Below, piece after piece: positions 55,672-64,000 of a stretch of DNA of 64,000 nt. This stretch comes from a virus (Duplodnaviria > Caudoviricetes), in the IMG/VR virus record IMGVR_UViG_3300030330_004701, positions 64,001 through 128,000 of that record. One strand, 5' to 3'. The notes under the pieces were generated by a model, which saw only the letters and a list, made by a program, of their open reading frames with translations, was not told the DNA's origin and ran no database searches. Position numbers and translations under genes: made by a program. Each line of letters starts with the position of its first letter. Position 1 is the first letter of the stretch.

Positions 55672-58102
55672 TTTGACCTCTAGCTATTTTGTAATAATGG
55701 TAAACATTTCCAAGATCAACCTTAGTGCCATCAAAAATATCGTTATCCAAAACATTTAAAAAGTCTTTGTGTAGTATATTGTCTTCCATCCACACAGCAT
55801 GATCTTCAAAGACTTCACGTTTCCAAGTTCCCCAATCTGTTATAATTGAAAAATTCATCTTGTCAACACCATCTAATGAATTGGCTAACTCAACGCATGC
55901 AGGCATCTCTTTGTAGTTATTCTTCTGTACTACCGAGTCGATCCTAAGTATATTAATTTTACCCTCAACTCTCAGTCTTGACAACATCTCTATGTTCTTC
56001 ATTAGTAAGTCCCAATCGCCGCCTACACGTATCTTATCATAAGTTTCTTTAGTGGCAGCGTCAATAGATACAATTACCTGATTAATGTTTTCATGACACT
56101 TGTGCAACATGTTCCACATTTTTTCAGTTAGCATAACTCCATTTGTTTGTAGGTTTATCATTATCTCTGGGTGCTGTTTGCCATCAAAATTTATCAAGAA
56201 GTCCCTAAAAACTTTTGAGCCGAACGGATCACCAGAGCCAGTGATGTTTAGCGAAGTATGACCTTTTGGCTGCTCGTTTAAAACAAAGTCCATTATCTTG
56301 TTTTGTATAGCAACAGCATCATCATATTTCTTTCCCGAAGTATGCAGTATTGAACTTATTCTACAGCTGGGGCATTTTAGATTGCAAGAATCGTCCCACA
56401 AAAAGTTGACATGTTTAATGCTATCCATGTCAGTAATATTGTTTTCGATTATGTGTTTATGTCTTTTTTGTGTGACATCTTGTCTTTTAGGCAGCGCATC
56501 AACATTTTGTAATCTTGGGCATGTCTTCTTGTTGCAATAACTGAAAGAGCCATCTAAAATCGAAGCTCTAATATTCTTTGCTTTATCAGAATTGAGTATC
56601 TCTGTTATTGATGACTCATGTATATTTCCGATACTTTCATCCATCCAATAGGAACAGCAGGTTCTAACATTCCCATGTTCATCAACTTCAAAATTATCAA
56701 AGGGTTGTTCGCAGAAAAGCGCTGAAGTATCTACGATTGGAAGAGAGCTATTATCAGCATCTTCGTATATGTCACTTATTTTAGTTTTTTTTTGATCGTT
56801 GAATGGATCATAAGTTTCAAAATCAACCCATTCATCTCCATTCCATATGATATTTAGCCTGTCAGTTATGACCACATCAGTTCCATACATTGTTTGTATA
56901 GAATTACAATCTATGAAGTGAAGCTTGCTATCATAAAAAACTTCTTTGTATCCATACTTTTGAAGGTTATCATCTAATTGTGATATATCTACGTTATTTA
57001 AAAGATTGAACAGTCCGCCCAAGTTGACATGCATTAATTGTGAATTGTGTGCCAGATGCGCCCTGACATGTTTATTCAATTCAGGGTCAAAAACAATATC
57101 AAGCAGCTCTTGGTGTCTTGGATGTTTCTTCTCTTGAACTGCTCGGTAAAACCAAGTTTCAAAGAAGTCTGCTGAATTTACTAGGAAGTCAGGCTCATAG
57201 GTTTGAAACTGAACGCATTTCACATCATACTTTTTACAAAGATCTACAAACTGTAGCACTTCAGAAAGATTGTCATTCTGCACAACAAAACTTGTATTAA
57301 AAGTCAATATCTGACCAGTCGCCTGAAGGTGCTGCGCAAATTCCAAATTTTCTAAAAGCATATTCCAATCGCCGCCCTTTCTGACAATCTTATATGTTTC
57401 TTCGGTTGCAGCATCAATTGATATAGAAATGTGCTTTATCTTTTCTTTTGAATAGTCACTTAAAGAGTCCCAATACTTCTTCATTAGAAGTCCATTTGTC
57501 AATATTTGAATTGCCTCTAGGTTTGGAGCGTCTTCTTCTTTTAGTGTGCGGAGAAGATCTCTAAATACAGGACTAGCAAAAGCATCTCCAGAACCTGTAA
57601 TACAAAAAGATTTTGCATTATGGAAGGCTTCTTTTTTTAACTTATCTTGTATATTTAGAATCTGTTCGCGCTTTTTGCCAGACTCCATAATTAGCTCTAG
57701 TCTACAGGAGGGGCATTCAAGATTACAGGATCTATCGTATCCAAAGTTTATATCTAGCGGTGTGTGATCTAGCTTTGTTTTGCCTTCAACGATGTCGTCA
57801 TGTATAAGATTCCAACCTCTATCACTGTTAGTATTTCCTATCTGATAGAGAGTCTGAACACAGTGAGTCTTTGTTTCTAAGTGCGGACATACCTCTCTGT
57901 TGCAATACCTGTAGGAACCATCAAGAATTGATCTTCTCAGCTCTTGAGCCTTTTCACTGTTCCATACTTCTTCTACTGACTTGTCTTTTATGTTGCCAAT
58001 TTCATAATTATTGATCCAAGACGGACAGCAGCAACTAACTCTACCGTCGTCGTACACCTCAAAAAATTCAAAGGGTCTTGTGCAATAATATTTTTCACTC
58101 AT
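55664..58102 (-). CDS. Tandem-duplicated radical SAM protein, each half preceded by a SPASM/twitch-like domain
   Basis: CTRPF...GRVSCCC and CEQPF...GNVRTCC; CNLECPSC and CNLKCPSC; TGSGD(A/P)F; TNG; SIDAAT twice. Confidence 0.88.
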   Translation of the reverse strand: MSEKYYCTRPFEFFEVYDDGRVSCCCPSWINNYEIGNIKDKSVEEVWNSEKAQELRRSILDGSYRYCNREVCPHLETKTHCVQTLYQIGNTNSDRGWNLIHDDIVEGKTKLDHTPLDINFGYDRSCNLECPSCRLELIMESGKKREQILNIQDKLKKEAFHNAKSFCITGSGDAFASPVFRDLLRTLKEEDAPNLEAIQILTNGLLMKKYWDSLSDYSKEKIKHISISIDAATEETYKIVRKGGDWNMLLENLEFAQHLQATGQILTFNTSFVVQNDNLSEVLQFVDLCKKYDVKCVQFQTYEPDFLVNSADFFETWFYRAVQEKKHPRHQELLDIVFDPELNKHVRAHLAHNSQLMHVNLGGLFNLLNNVDISQLDDNLQKYGYKEVFYDSKLHFIDCNSIQTMYGTDVVITDRLNIIWNGDEWVDFETYDPFNDQKKTKISDIYEDADNSSLPIVDTSALFCEQPFDNFEVDEHGNVRTCCSYWMDESIGNIHESSITEILNSDKAKNIRASILDGSFSYCNKKTCPRLQNVDALPKRQDVTQKRHKHIIENNITDMDSIKHVNFLWDDSCNLKCPSCRISSILHTSGKKYDDAVAIQNKIMDFVLNEQPKGHTSLNITGSGDPFGSKVFRDFLINFDGKQHPEIMINLQTNGVMLTEKMWNMLHKCHENINQVIVSIDAATKETYDKIRVGGDWDLLMKNIEMLSRLRVEGKINILRIDSVVQKNNYKEMPACVELANSLDGVDKMNFSIITDWGTWKREVFEDHAVWMEDNILHKDFLNVLDNDIFDGTKVDLGNVYHYYKIARGQND

Positions 58103-58692
58103 TTTTCATAACCAAAATTAACAAAGTCATATTTATACATGCTATATATTATATCTTTGGACTGCTCATCGTACACATCCAAATAGTTAGGTTTGTTTGA
58201 TTTATTATAATGGAAGGGCATCTGTATTTCAAGTTCTTTTTCTAACTTTTGCAGATTTTCATATCTGTATATTTTGATGTCTTCAAAAGGCTCATAAAAA
58301 AAATTACATACCCAGTTTGACTGAGGTAAAAAGTGGCACGTAGTCTTCATATTTGTATCGTATGTATCTACAACTTGACATGGAGGTGGTTGCTGAAATG
58401 ATAAATAGTTTATAACAAATTCGTTAAAGTCTGCAAACTGCTTTACCTGCTTTGAAAATTCTATATCTTCAGGATAATAAAGGTTATTATTGACAATAAA
58501 CCAGTATGCCGAAAAAATTCTGTCGTAAGGATTTCTACAAACACAAAACTTTTGATAGTCTGACTCTGAGAAATCAGTATAGGCTTTGTGATGATAAGTA
58601 GGATATTTCGTTTCCTGAAGCGCAGCGGAAATTGACAGCGACGCATTTTTTGGTATTGCTATAAAAGCGAGTTGTCTTTTATGGTCTAGCAT
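58099..58692 (-). CDS. Sulfotransferase family 2
   Basis: FIAIPKNAS, RNPYDRIFSAY, HFLPQ, YKYDFVNFGY. Confidence 0.85.
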   Translation of the reverse strand: MLDHKRQLAFIAIPKNASLSISAALQETKYPTYHHKAYTDFSESDYQKFCVCRNPYDRIFSAYWFIVNNNLYYPEDIEFSKQVKQFADFNEFVINYLSFQQPPPCQVVDTYDTNMKTTCHFLPQSNWVCNFFYEPFEDIKIYRYENLQKLEKELEIQMPFHYNKSNKPNYLDVYDEQSKDIIYSMYKYDFVNFGYEK

Positions 58693-59651
58693 AATATGTT
58701 TTCTAGTTTTGTAGTCAGGTCATTAGCAAAGTAACTCCCATTAATCCATCGCTTGTCCATGTTTTTGAAGTACTCGTGAGCTGCGAATATCTTATCAAAA
58801 TCACAGACTAATTCATAGGCATGATCCAAACTATCAAAATACAGAGGGTAATCTTCACCGCAGTATTCTACCACTGCTGGATGCCTGTTCACCAGAAGTG
58901 GAGTGTTTCTAGCAATACATTCAATCACAGCATTATTGGCAGATGAATCGTACAGGTCAAGAAATGCAACACAACTTGTTAGCATGTCATCAAACTCTTC
59001 ATTGCTAACCCGTTGAAGCATCTCAACTCCAGACCATCTAGACTTATTTGCAAATGGATGTTTCAAACTTCTTTTTTCTACATCTAATAATTTATTTGCA
59101 TAATCATAGTCACTAGGTAGCCACTTCTTAAAAAATGGATACGGAACATTCACCTCACATATGGAAAACATTCTACGTAGCCAATATCCTATTTGTAATA
59201 AAATCGGCCTTTCCTTATGTAGAAACTTTTCCGGCTCCCATTTTGCTATATTTGTAGCGGTAGGATGTTTAACTGTTATAACTGGGACATCACATTTGTC
59301 TCTAACCCACTCCGCAAGATATTCAGAAAGACATACCAGCGCACGACATCTTTCAAGTGACTTCCGAAAGACATCTCTAGTGAAGATAGCGTCTGGGCTA
59401 TTATATGTATCAAACCAGTCAGGAGGGTTCGGTGGATTATGGACAAACCCTATCCAATCTCTAGTATAAGGAATTTTTGAATTTTTGCTATCATAGTAAT
59501 CTTCCATCTTCCAAGAAAATCTATCTTCTATAAAACCATCTACATAGATTCCATGCTTAGAATGAAATGGCAGTAAGGAACTTATGCAATACTTCCACCC
59601 ACTTCTATGAATACCAAAACCGCCACAACCTGAAATATCTAAAGAAATCAT
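58686..59651 (-). CDS. GT-B-like putative glycosyltransferase
   Basis: HRSGW, IGYWLR, SANNAVIECIARNTPLLVNRHPAVVEY.G.DYPL. Confidence 0.55.
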   Translation of the reverse strand: MISLDISGCGGFGIHRSGWKYCISSLLPFHSKHGIYVDGFIEDRFSWKMEDYYDSKNSKIPYTRDWIGFVHNPPNPPDWFDTYNSPDAIFTRDVFRKSLERCRALVCLSEYLAEWVRDKCDVPVITVKHPTATNIAKWEPEKFLHKERPILLQIGYWLRRMFSICEVNVPYPFFKKWLPSDYDYANKLLDVEKRSLKHPFANKSRWSGVEMLQRVSNEEFDDMLTSCVAFLDLYDSSANNAVIECIARNTPLLVNRHPAVVEYCGEDYPLYFDSLDHAYELVCDFDKIFAAHEYFKNMDKRWINGSYFANDLTTKLENILC

Positions 59652-60493
59652 TACAGCTTAATTCCAGATAAACCTTCAAACAGACCTGATTGGTAAGAAC
59701 ATTTTATCATAGCTAACTTCTCTGCAAAAATCTTGCTTTGTTCTGTGCCGTCGCTTAGCGTAAAAGTTAGCCTACCTAAAACCTTGTGGTCAAGAGATTC
59801 TGGGGTCTCAACAAACTGTTTCCAAATTCTTTCAAAGTGTGGCATCTTTTTGAAGTTTATATTTAACGCAGCCAAAAAACCTTGTTGGTGAAAGTAATCA
59901 GAAATTGATTTCAATGATAAGTCTTGTTCGGAAAGCTCCACTGATGTGGATAAAAAGCTACAGTGAATTATTTTTCCTAAATTAGATGACGAAAGAACAA
60001 AACCTCTGTCATCCACTATGAACCCTTTACTGTATTGTATCGGCGCTATTCCTCCATTTTGGTTGTACACTGTAGAATTTATAGCTATATTGTAAGACGG
60101 AGGAAAATTGTCAGGCTCAGCTGTTATATCACATACTAAGTTTTTACCATATTTGCTAAGATGATATGAGTGGCAGTACTTTGTTATGCTTTTTGTAAAA
60201 GAGTCTTTGGATACTAGAGAATATTTTGGTGAAATGTCTCCACATAAAATTGAAAAATCTTTTACAAGGGATGCCAAACATAAAAGATCAGTTATGTATG
60301 TTTTAGATATGGAAGCATTTTCTAATAAAACTATAGTTATAGAAGAGTCGCTCGATGTGGGTAGATTTGTAGACTCATATTTTTTTATTGAATAAGATAG
60401 TCCATTGTTTTCTAGTTGCTTTTTTAAGGCTAGCTCTAAGGTTGATTCTTTATCGCTGTTACCTTTGACTAAAAAAACATTAATATCTTTCAT
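59651..60493 (-). CDS. Hypothetical protein (possibly a degenerate GT2)
   Basis: Start at ATG 60493 (MKDINV); the upstream extension in the ORF track overlaps RNA hairpins. Confidence 0.5.
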   Translation of the reverse strand: MKDINVFLVKGNSDKESTLELALKKQLENNGLSYSIKKYESTNLPTSSDSSITIVLLENASISKTYITDLLCLASLVKDFSILCGDISPKYSLVSKDSFTKSITKYCHSYHLSKYGKNLVCDITAEPDNFPPSYNIAINSTVYNQNGGIAPIQYSKGFIVDDRGFVLSSSNLGKIIHCSFLSTSVELSEQDLSLKSISDYFHQQGFLAALNINFKKMPHFERIWKQFVETPESLDHKVLGRLTFTLSDGTEQSKIFAEKLAMIKCSYQSGLFEGLSGIKL

Positions 60494-60505
60494 ATGCTTT
60501 CTCTC

Positions 60506-60549
60506 AAAAAAATGCGCCACCTTAACTATAGGGGAAATTAAGATGGCGC
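60506..60549 (-). terminator. Rho-independent terminator
   Basis: GCGCCATCTTAA/TTAAGGTGGCGC 12-bp stem (one G-U) followed by ATTTTTTT on the minus strand. Confidence 0.75.
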
Positions 60550-60631
60550 TAAAGTGAGGATACTGCTGGGGGAGCAATATCCAAAACAAATTCAGGAACC
60601 AATATACTATAACTTTGTCTGTCAGAAACCG

Positions 60632-60686
60632 CCCAAAAAAAATCCAACGCCCAAAAAACCATTGTCAGCTTAGTTGCGGTAGTACA
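60632..60686. repeat. Direct repeat copy 1 (about 55 bp, 27-bp identical core)
   Basis: aaaaaccattgtcagcttagttgcggt at 60654-60680 is identical to 61413-61439. Confidence 0.85.
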
Positions 60687-61383
60687 GACAAGTCCAGCCA
60701 GTAGGTTCGTAAAATGTTGGATCGTGCCACGTTTTATCCTCATAAAACGCTGGATATATAATATTATCACTTGAACCTAAAACACCAATAAACCAACTGT
60801 ATGTACCTTGACTGAGTATCTTATTAGTGAATCTAGAACCAAATTTCAAAGTCTCTTCTCTTCCACCTTCGTATATTTCAAAATCAAACTCTCTAGCAAA
60901 AGACCTTACAGTTTTAGAGTGAAGTTCAGAAGATGTAACGTATCTTTTTATGTTTTTGTAGTTAGGTATTTGTTGCAATGCTAAGTCGTAGTAATCTCGA
61001 TCCTGTCTGTATCTCTGATCTAGATCTCCTAGTCTCATATGTACAAAAACACCGTCTATTGGCTCCTGTTCTATGACTTCATCTCTAAACACAAGATGTA
61101 AATTTTCTGTAATCAGCTTAGCTGTTCCGCTACACTGTAGATATTCAGTGTTCTTACATCCTAACTCTAGAATTTCTTCTGGGATAGGCTGCCGTTCAGA
61201 GGTAGGAGCATCAACTATGTCTAGTTTTTCTTCGTCTAAGAACTCAAATAAGTAGGGTAAATAGTCTTGGCCGTACTTGCAAAAGGATATTGGCCTATTA
61301 TGTTTTACAGAAAGTATTGAATAAGCGGTACAGGATACCAATTTGTTACAAAATAATCCTGCATTAACTGGAACTACAAACAT
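60670..61383 (-). CDS. GT11-like (alpha-1,2-fucosyltransferase-like) protein
   Basis: AGLFCN, VFVHMRLGD, YYDLAL, SQGTYSWF, IIYP. Confidence 0.7.
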   Translation of the reverse strand: MFVVPVNAGLFCNKLVSCTAYSILSVKHNRPISFCKYGQDYLPYLFEFLDEEKLDIVDAPTSERQPIPEEILELGCKNTEYLQCSGTAKLITENLHLVFRDEVIEQEPIDGVFVHMRLGDLDQRYRQDRDYYDLALQQIPNYKNIKRYVTSSELHSKTVRSFAREFDFEIYEGGREETLKFGSRFTNKILSQGTYSWFIGVLGSSDNIIYPAFYEDKTWHDPTFYEPTGWTCLYYRN

Positions 61384-61389
61384 GATTTT

Positions 61390-61445
61390 CCCAAAACAAA
61401 ATCCAAGCTCCCAAAAACCATTGTCAGCTTAGTTGCGGTTGTACA
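61390..61445. repeat. Direct repeat copy 2
   Basis: cccaaaacaaaatccaagctcccaaaaaccattgtcagcttagttgcggttgtaca, immediately 3' of the tmRNA. Confidence 0.85.
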
Positions 61446-61449
61446 AAAG

Positions 61450-61789
61450 TGGAGGTGGCGGGATTTGAACCCGCGTGCCACATAATATTATTATTAACTT
61501 CTACATGTTTAGTATAATTATTATCGCCTACTATACTAGGCTATCCGAGTTATCGGAGTCAAACAAATTATTGTTATCATATATATTTAGTTCAAGTATA
61601 TAAACTCTACCAGAGTTATCTGCGTCATCACTATTTGGTTTGCGGGGCTGTGATACCCGTGCCGCTAGGCGGCGAGTGCGAAATTCTCTTCTACACTTAA
61701 AAAAATTAGAACGATTTTTTAAGTAGCCATTCGTTCAACTACTACATGCGATCAATAACTTTATTACTGGTCGATTCCAATTCACCCCC
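61450..61789 (-). ncRNA. ssrA: tmRNA with tag peptide (A)VEENFALAA
   Basis: 5' GGGGGTG pairs with 3' CACCTCC-A (G3-U Ala identity); T-arm GCGGG-TTCAAAT-CCCGC; tag ORF GTA GAA GAG AAT TTC GCA CTC GCC GCC TAG at 61665-61694; length 340 nt. Confidence 0.92.
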
Positions 61790-61794
61790 TAAAA

Positions 61795-62004
61795 TTATTC
61801 AGTTTCTCTTTTTAACTTTTCATAATAGACTTCTTCACTAGCCATAGAAATCAAATCGCCATCAATAGCGGCTCTAGACTGATTAATACAGACAGCAAGC
61901 CTCTGTTTATTATCTGGATATTCTTCTTTCATCTTATCGCTAGACATGCAGCGAGGCATAAAATCCTTAGCTGATTCATCATCGTTTCTACTTGGTAGTG
62001 GCAT
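61795..62004 (-). CDS. Small conserved phage protein
   Basis: MPLP...E...DFM.RCM...EYPD.KQRLAVC; AGGAG RBS. Confidence 0.6.
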   Translation of the reverse strand: MPLPSRNDDESAKDFMPRCMSSDKMKEEYPDNKQRLAVCINQSRAAIDGDLISMASEEVYYEKLKRETE

Positions 62005-62716
62005 TGTCTTCTCCTATTTTTATATCTGGAAACATATCATATTTTACATCTTCAAATATTGCTGAAGCAATAACCATTGAAGCGTCATTGTCTGAAGGGT
62101 AGTGTACTCCCTGTAGCATCCTAGCTTCTCCAGCTAGATTGGCAATACGATAAAAGTCGGAAGTATAATCTGGATACATTGTACTCAGCATCGCAGCGGA
62201 AAACGCCGCATAAGCCGTATGACCAGATGGATAAGCTGGAGTATGATGTGTCTGAGTTTTAGTAACTTTGATATTAAAACCTAGCTTTCCAGCAATGTCA
62301 TAAGGTCTTGGTCTTAAAAACTTATGTTTAAGTTGCAAGATTACAGGGTCTAAACTATTCTTATAATACTCATCAAACTTCTCTTTTGGGAACTTCAGGC
62401 CATGTATTTTAAGCACTGGCATGAAGAGGTTATTAGGATCATCATCGACCATCTTTATAAGGTCTAGTTGCCTCTCTGAGAGGTTAGACGTTATCTTAGA
62501 TAGGTACTCTAATTCTTTTCTTGTAACGTCACTAGAGTTCGCTGGAGGCTCTGGTAGTAGATTCATGTAGTCAATGCTTACGCCTTTAGGTTTCATCTCC
62601 AAGACTTTTTTATCTTTGTCCGATAAAGGTAGGGGATTGATATAATAGGTCTTGTCAAGGATTCCATCATTTATGACCTTGTTCATATCTTTGATAATAT
62701 TATTTTTAGATGTCAT
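61988..62716 (-). CDS. PAP2-superfamily phosphatase/haloperoxidase-like protein
   Basis: K...LRPRP, YPSGH, AR...GVHYPSD. Confidence 0.85.
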   Translation of the reverse strand: MTSKNNIIKDMNKVINDGILDKTYYINPLPLSDKDKKVLEMKPKGVSIDYMNLLPEPPANSSDVTRKELEYLSKITSNLSERQLDLIKMVDDDPNNLFMPVLKIHGLKFPKEKFDEYYKNSLDPVILQLKHKFLRPRPYDIAGKLGFNIKVTKTQTHHTPAYPSGHTAYAAFSAAMLSTMYPDYTSDFYRIANLAGEARMLQGVHYPSDNDASMVIASAIFEDVKYDMFPDIKIGEDNATTK

Positions 62717-62876
62717 GCTCGTACTCACTCAAGATTTCACTATTAGTATTATATCCACAGATTGGACATTCAAAGACATAAATTCTTCCTGTGGGCTTTT
62801 CTAGTATATCTATTAATACACAATCTTCAGTATCTATCTCGTCCTGACAACAGGAACAAAAAAAGAAATTAACCAT
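62706..62876 (-). CDS. Small zinc-ribbon protein
   Basis: CSCC...CPICG. Confidence 0.5.
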   Translation of the reverse strand: MVNFFFCSCCQDEIDTEDCVLIDILEKPTGRIYVFECPICGYNTNSEILSEYEHDI

Positions 62877-63414
62877 AAACCTTCTCCCAGTCAAAGAATC
62901 TCCATCTATTTAAGTGTTTTGCGTCTTCATCTTCATTAACGTGATTCAAATATTCAAGCACTTCGCTCCAGTTGGAAAACACCATCTCATGAGGAATCAC
63001 ACCAAATAACCAGTTTGGCAGGTTCTGTTTGCCCTGCTGACACATTACGATTACAGGCTTTTTCTGGCTGATTGCTACAGCGGCTTCATGATATGAGCCA
63101 CACAGGTGAGCATCTACATCAATGCTCATCACTATGAAGTGGGCAATATCAACCATTCTAAGGTCTACGGCACAGATTGGTTTCATATATTCGGTAAGCT
63201 CATCGTACTTCTGCGCGCGTTTTAGATTGTTTAATATATCTCTAGTCTCTTCGTTCTCCAGAGCATAATCGCTTGGCTTGTCGCATGGATTCAAAACACC
63301 AATTCCAAGCTCTTGAAGTTTAGGAGTAATATTACCTCTCCATCCAACGCCTCCATCTTGGACACGATCCATAGCTCCGCACAAGTAACATAAAGAGTTT
63401 TTCAATCTATTCAT
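62869..63414 (-). CDS. Nucleoside 2-deoxyribosyltransferase-like protein
   Basis: YLCGAM...WR...LNP, DLRMVD, GSYHE. Confidence 0.75.
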   Translation of the reverse strand: MNRLKNSLCYLCGAMDRVQDGGVGWRGNITPKLQELGIGVLNPCDKPSDYALENEETRDILNNLKRAQKYDELTEYMKPICAVDLRMVDIAHFIVMSIDVDAHLCGSYHEAAVAISQKKPVIVMCQQGKQNLPNWLFGVIPHEMVFSNWSEVLEYLNHVNEDEDAKHLNRWRFFDWEKVYG

Positions 63415-63921
63415 CTAAGCACCCCTAATAAAATCCTGAATTAAATCATCCGCACTAATATACATTTTATCTTTACACAAATCTCTGATTTTATCTTTAA
63501 GTTCTGTTGGTTTGTAGCCAAGAGGCTTGAGTGCCTGATGAGCTTCTCTGATTATTTCTCTGCTAGTTGTGGCAATGCCAGACTGCTGAGGCTCAGTTTC
63601 GCTAAACACATGTTTAGTAACCCAGTCTCTAGCTCCTTTATCTCCCTGCATAGCCTTTGCCATAGCTGATTCAACAACCATATTCCACTGCTGTTCCCTA
63701 TTTAGTACGGGTTGATGTTGTACTGGTTGCAACTGTTGAGATAGTTCAGACTCATGGACAATAAAAAAATCATCAAGAGTTGCTGGCTGCTGTTGCTCAA
63801 TGTATACATGTTGACGTTTGCGTGTAAATAATCTGGCAAAGTTCACCAATATGAAAGGAGCAAAAAATAAGCCCACCAACACAAGAATAAACACATCATT
63901 ATAAGCTCCTGTATGTGTCAT
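63415..63921 (-). CDS. Hypothetical membrane protein with RuvA-C-like helical tail
   Basis: N-terminal TM; EAHQALKPLGYKPTE...DDLIQ. Confidence 0.45.
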   Translation of the reverse strand: MTHTGAYNDVFILVLVGLFFAPFILVNFARLFTRKRQHVYIEQQQPATLDDFFIVHESELSQQLQPVQHQPVLNREQQWNMVVESAMAKAMQGDKGARDWVTKHVFSETEPQQSGIATTSREIIREAHQALKPLGYKPTELKDKIRDLCKDKMYISADDLIQDFIRGA

Positions 63922-64000
63922 TTTATCCCCTATTAATCATCCATTCTTTTACGCCAATCGGACTTTTACTGAACTTATATTGATTGATCCAGTCTTCTAG

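Noticed and set aside
55664-58102. Radical SAM protein as a sulfatase maturase for the DUF1501 proteins
   Set aside because: The DUF1501 proteins lack the (C/S)xPxR formylglycine motif, and the domain order differs from anSME.
60494-60770. ORF 60549-60770 and the N-terminal extension of ORF 59651-60589
   Set aside because: They run through a terminator, hairpins and repeats and overlap the GT11-like gene; likely non-coding.
1871-61255. Numerous plus-strand ORFs of 60-150 aa in the ORF track
   Set aside because: All lie antisense to convincing minus-strand genes and show no recognisable motifs; treated as shadow ORFs.
60632-61445. CRISPR array or integron attC interpretation of the repeats
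   Set aside because: Only two copies about 760 bp apart, no spacer periodicity, no RYYYAAC/GTTRRRY core sites, and no cas1 or integrase. The Cas4-like gene is a standard phage nuclease.
61449-61480. tRNA-like T-arm and acceptor sequence
   Set aside because: It is the 3' end of the tmRNA; its 5' partner lies 340 nt away and there is no anticodon arm.
1-64000. Stop-codon reassignment, as in some large phages
   Set aside because: Known genes are full-length under the standard code, and TAA, TAG and TGA all end genes at coupled junctions.

Overview
This 64 kb window is almost certainly part of a large lytic dsDNA bacteriophage genome. About 80 tightly packed genes all lie on the minus strand, many coupled by overlapping stop/start codons. 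It contains phage-type replication and nucleotide genes and no ribosomal or other cellular core operons. Four Tat-signal DUF1501 genes and a tmRNA with tag VEENFALAA suggest a Planctomycetota (Pirellula-like) host, which is an inference. Modules in plus-strand order: (1) 0.7-18.9 kb, glycan synthesis and decoration (gmd, fcl, GT10/GT25/GT47/GT2/GT4, sulfo- and methyltransferases). (2) 18.9-35.7 kb, sigma factor, SSB, a naturally split intein-less DnaE with a DEDDh exonuclease gene between its halves, Cas4-like nuclease, dNMP kinase, primase, DnaB, dUTPase, RecA, FmdB-like protein and PhoH. (3) 36-46.6 kb, four DUF1501 paralogs interleaved with small exported and virion-like proteins; this is the most unusual part. 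(4) 46.6-50.3 kb, nrdAB with a tyrosine-less class Ic-type beta subunit behind a structured, attenuator-like leader. (5) 50.3-54.6 kb, a structural gene, holin-like genes, a catalytically dead DeoC homolog and a second sigma factor. (6) 54.6-61.4 kb, a second glycan block including a tandem radical SAM protein and a repeat-flanked GT11-like gene. (7) tmRNA, PAP2 phosphatase and an NDT-like gene. All family calls come from motif recognition by eye; no searches were run.
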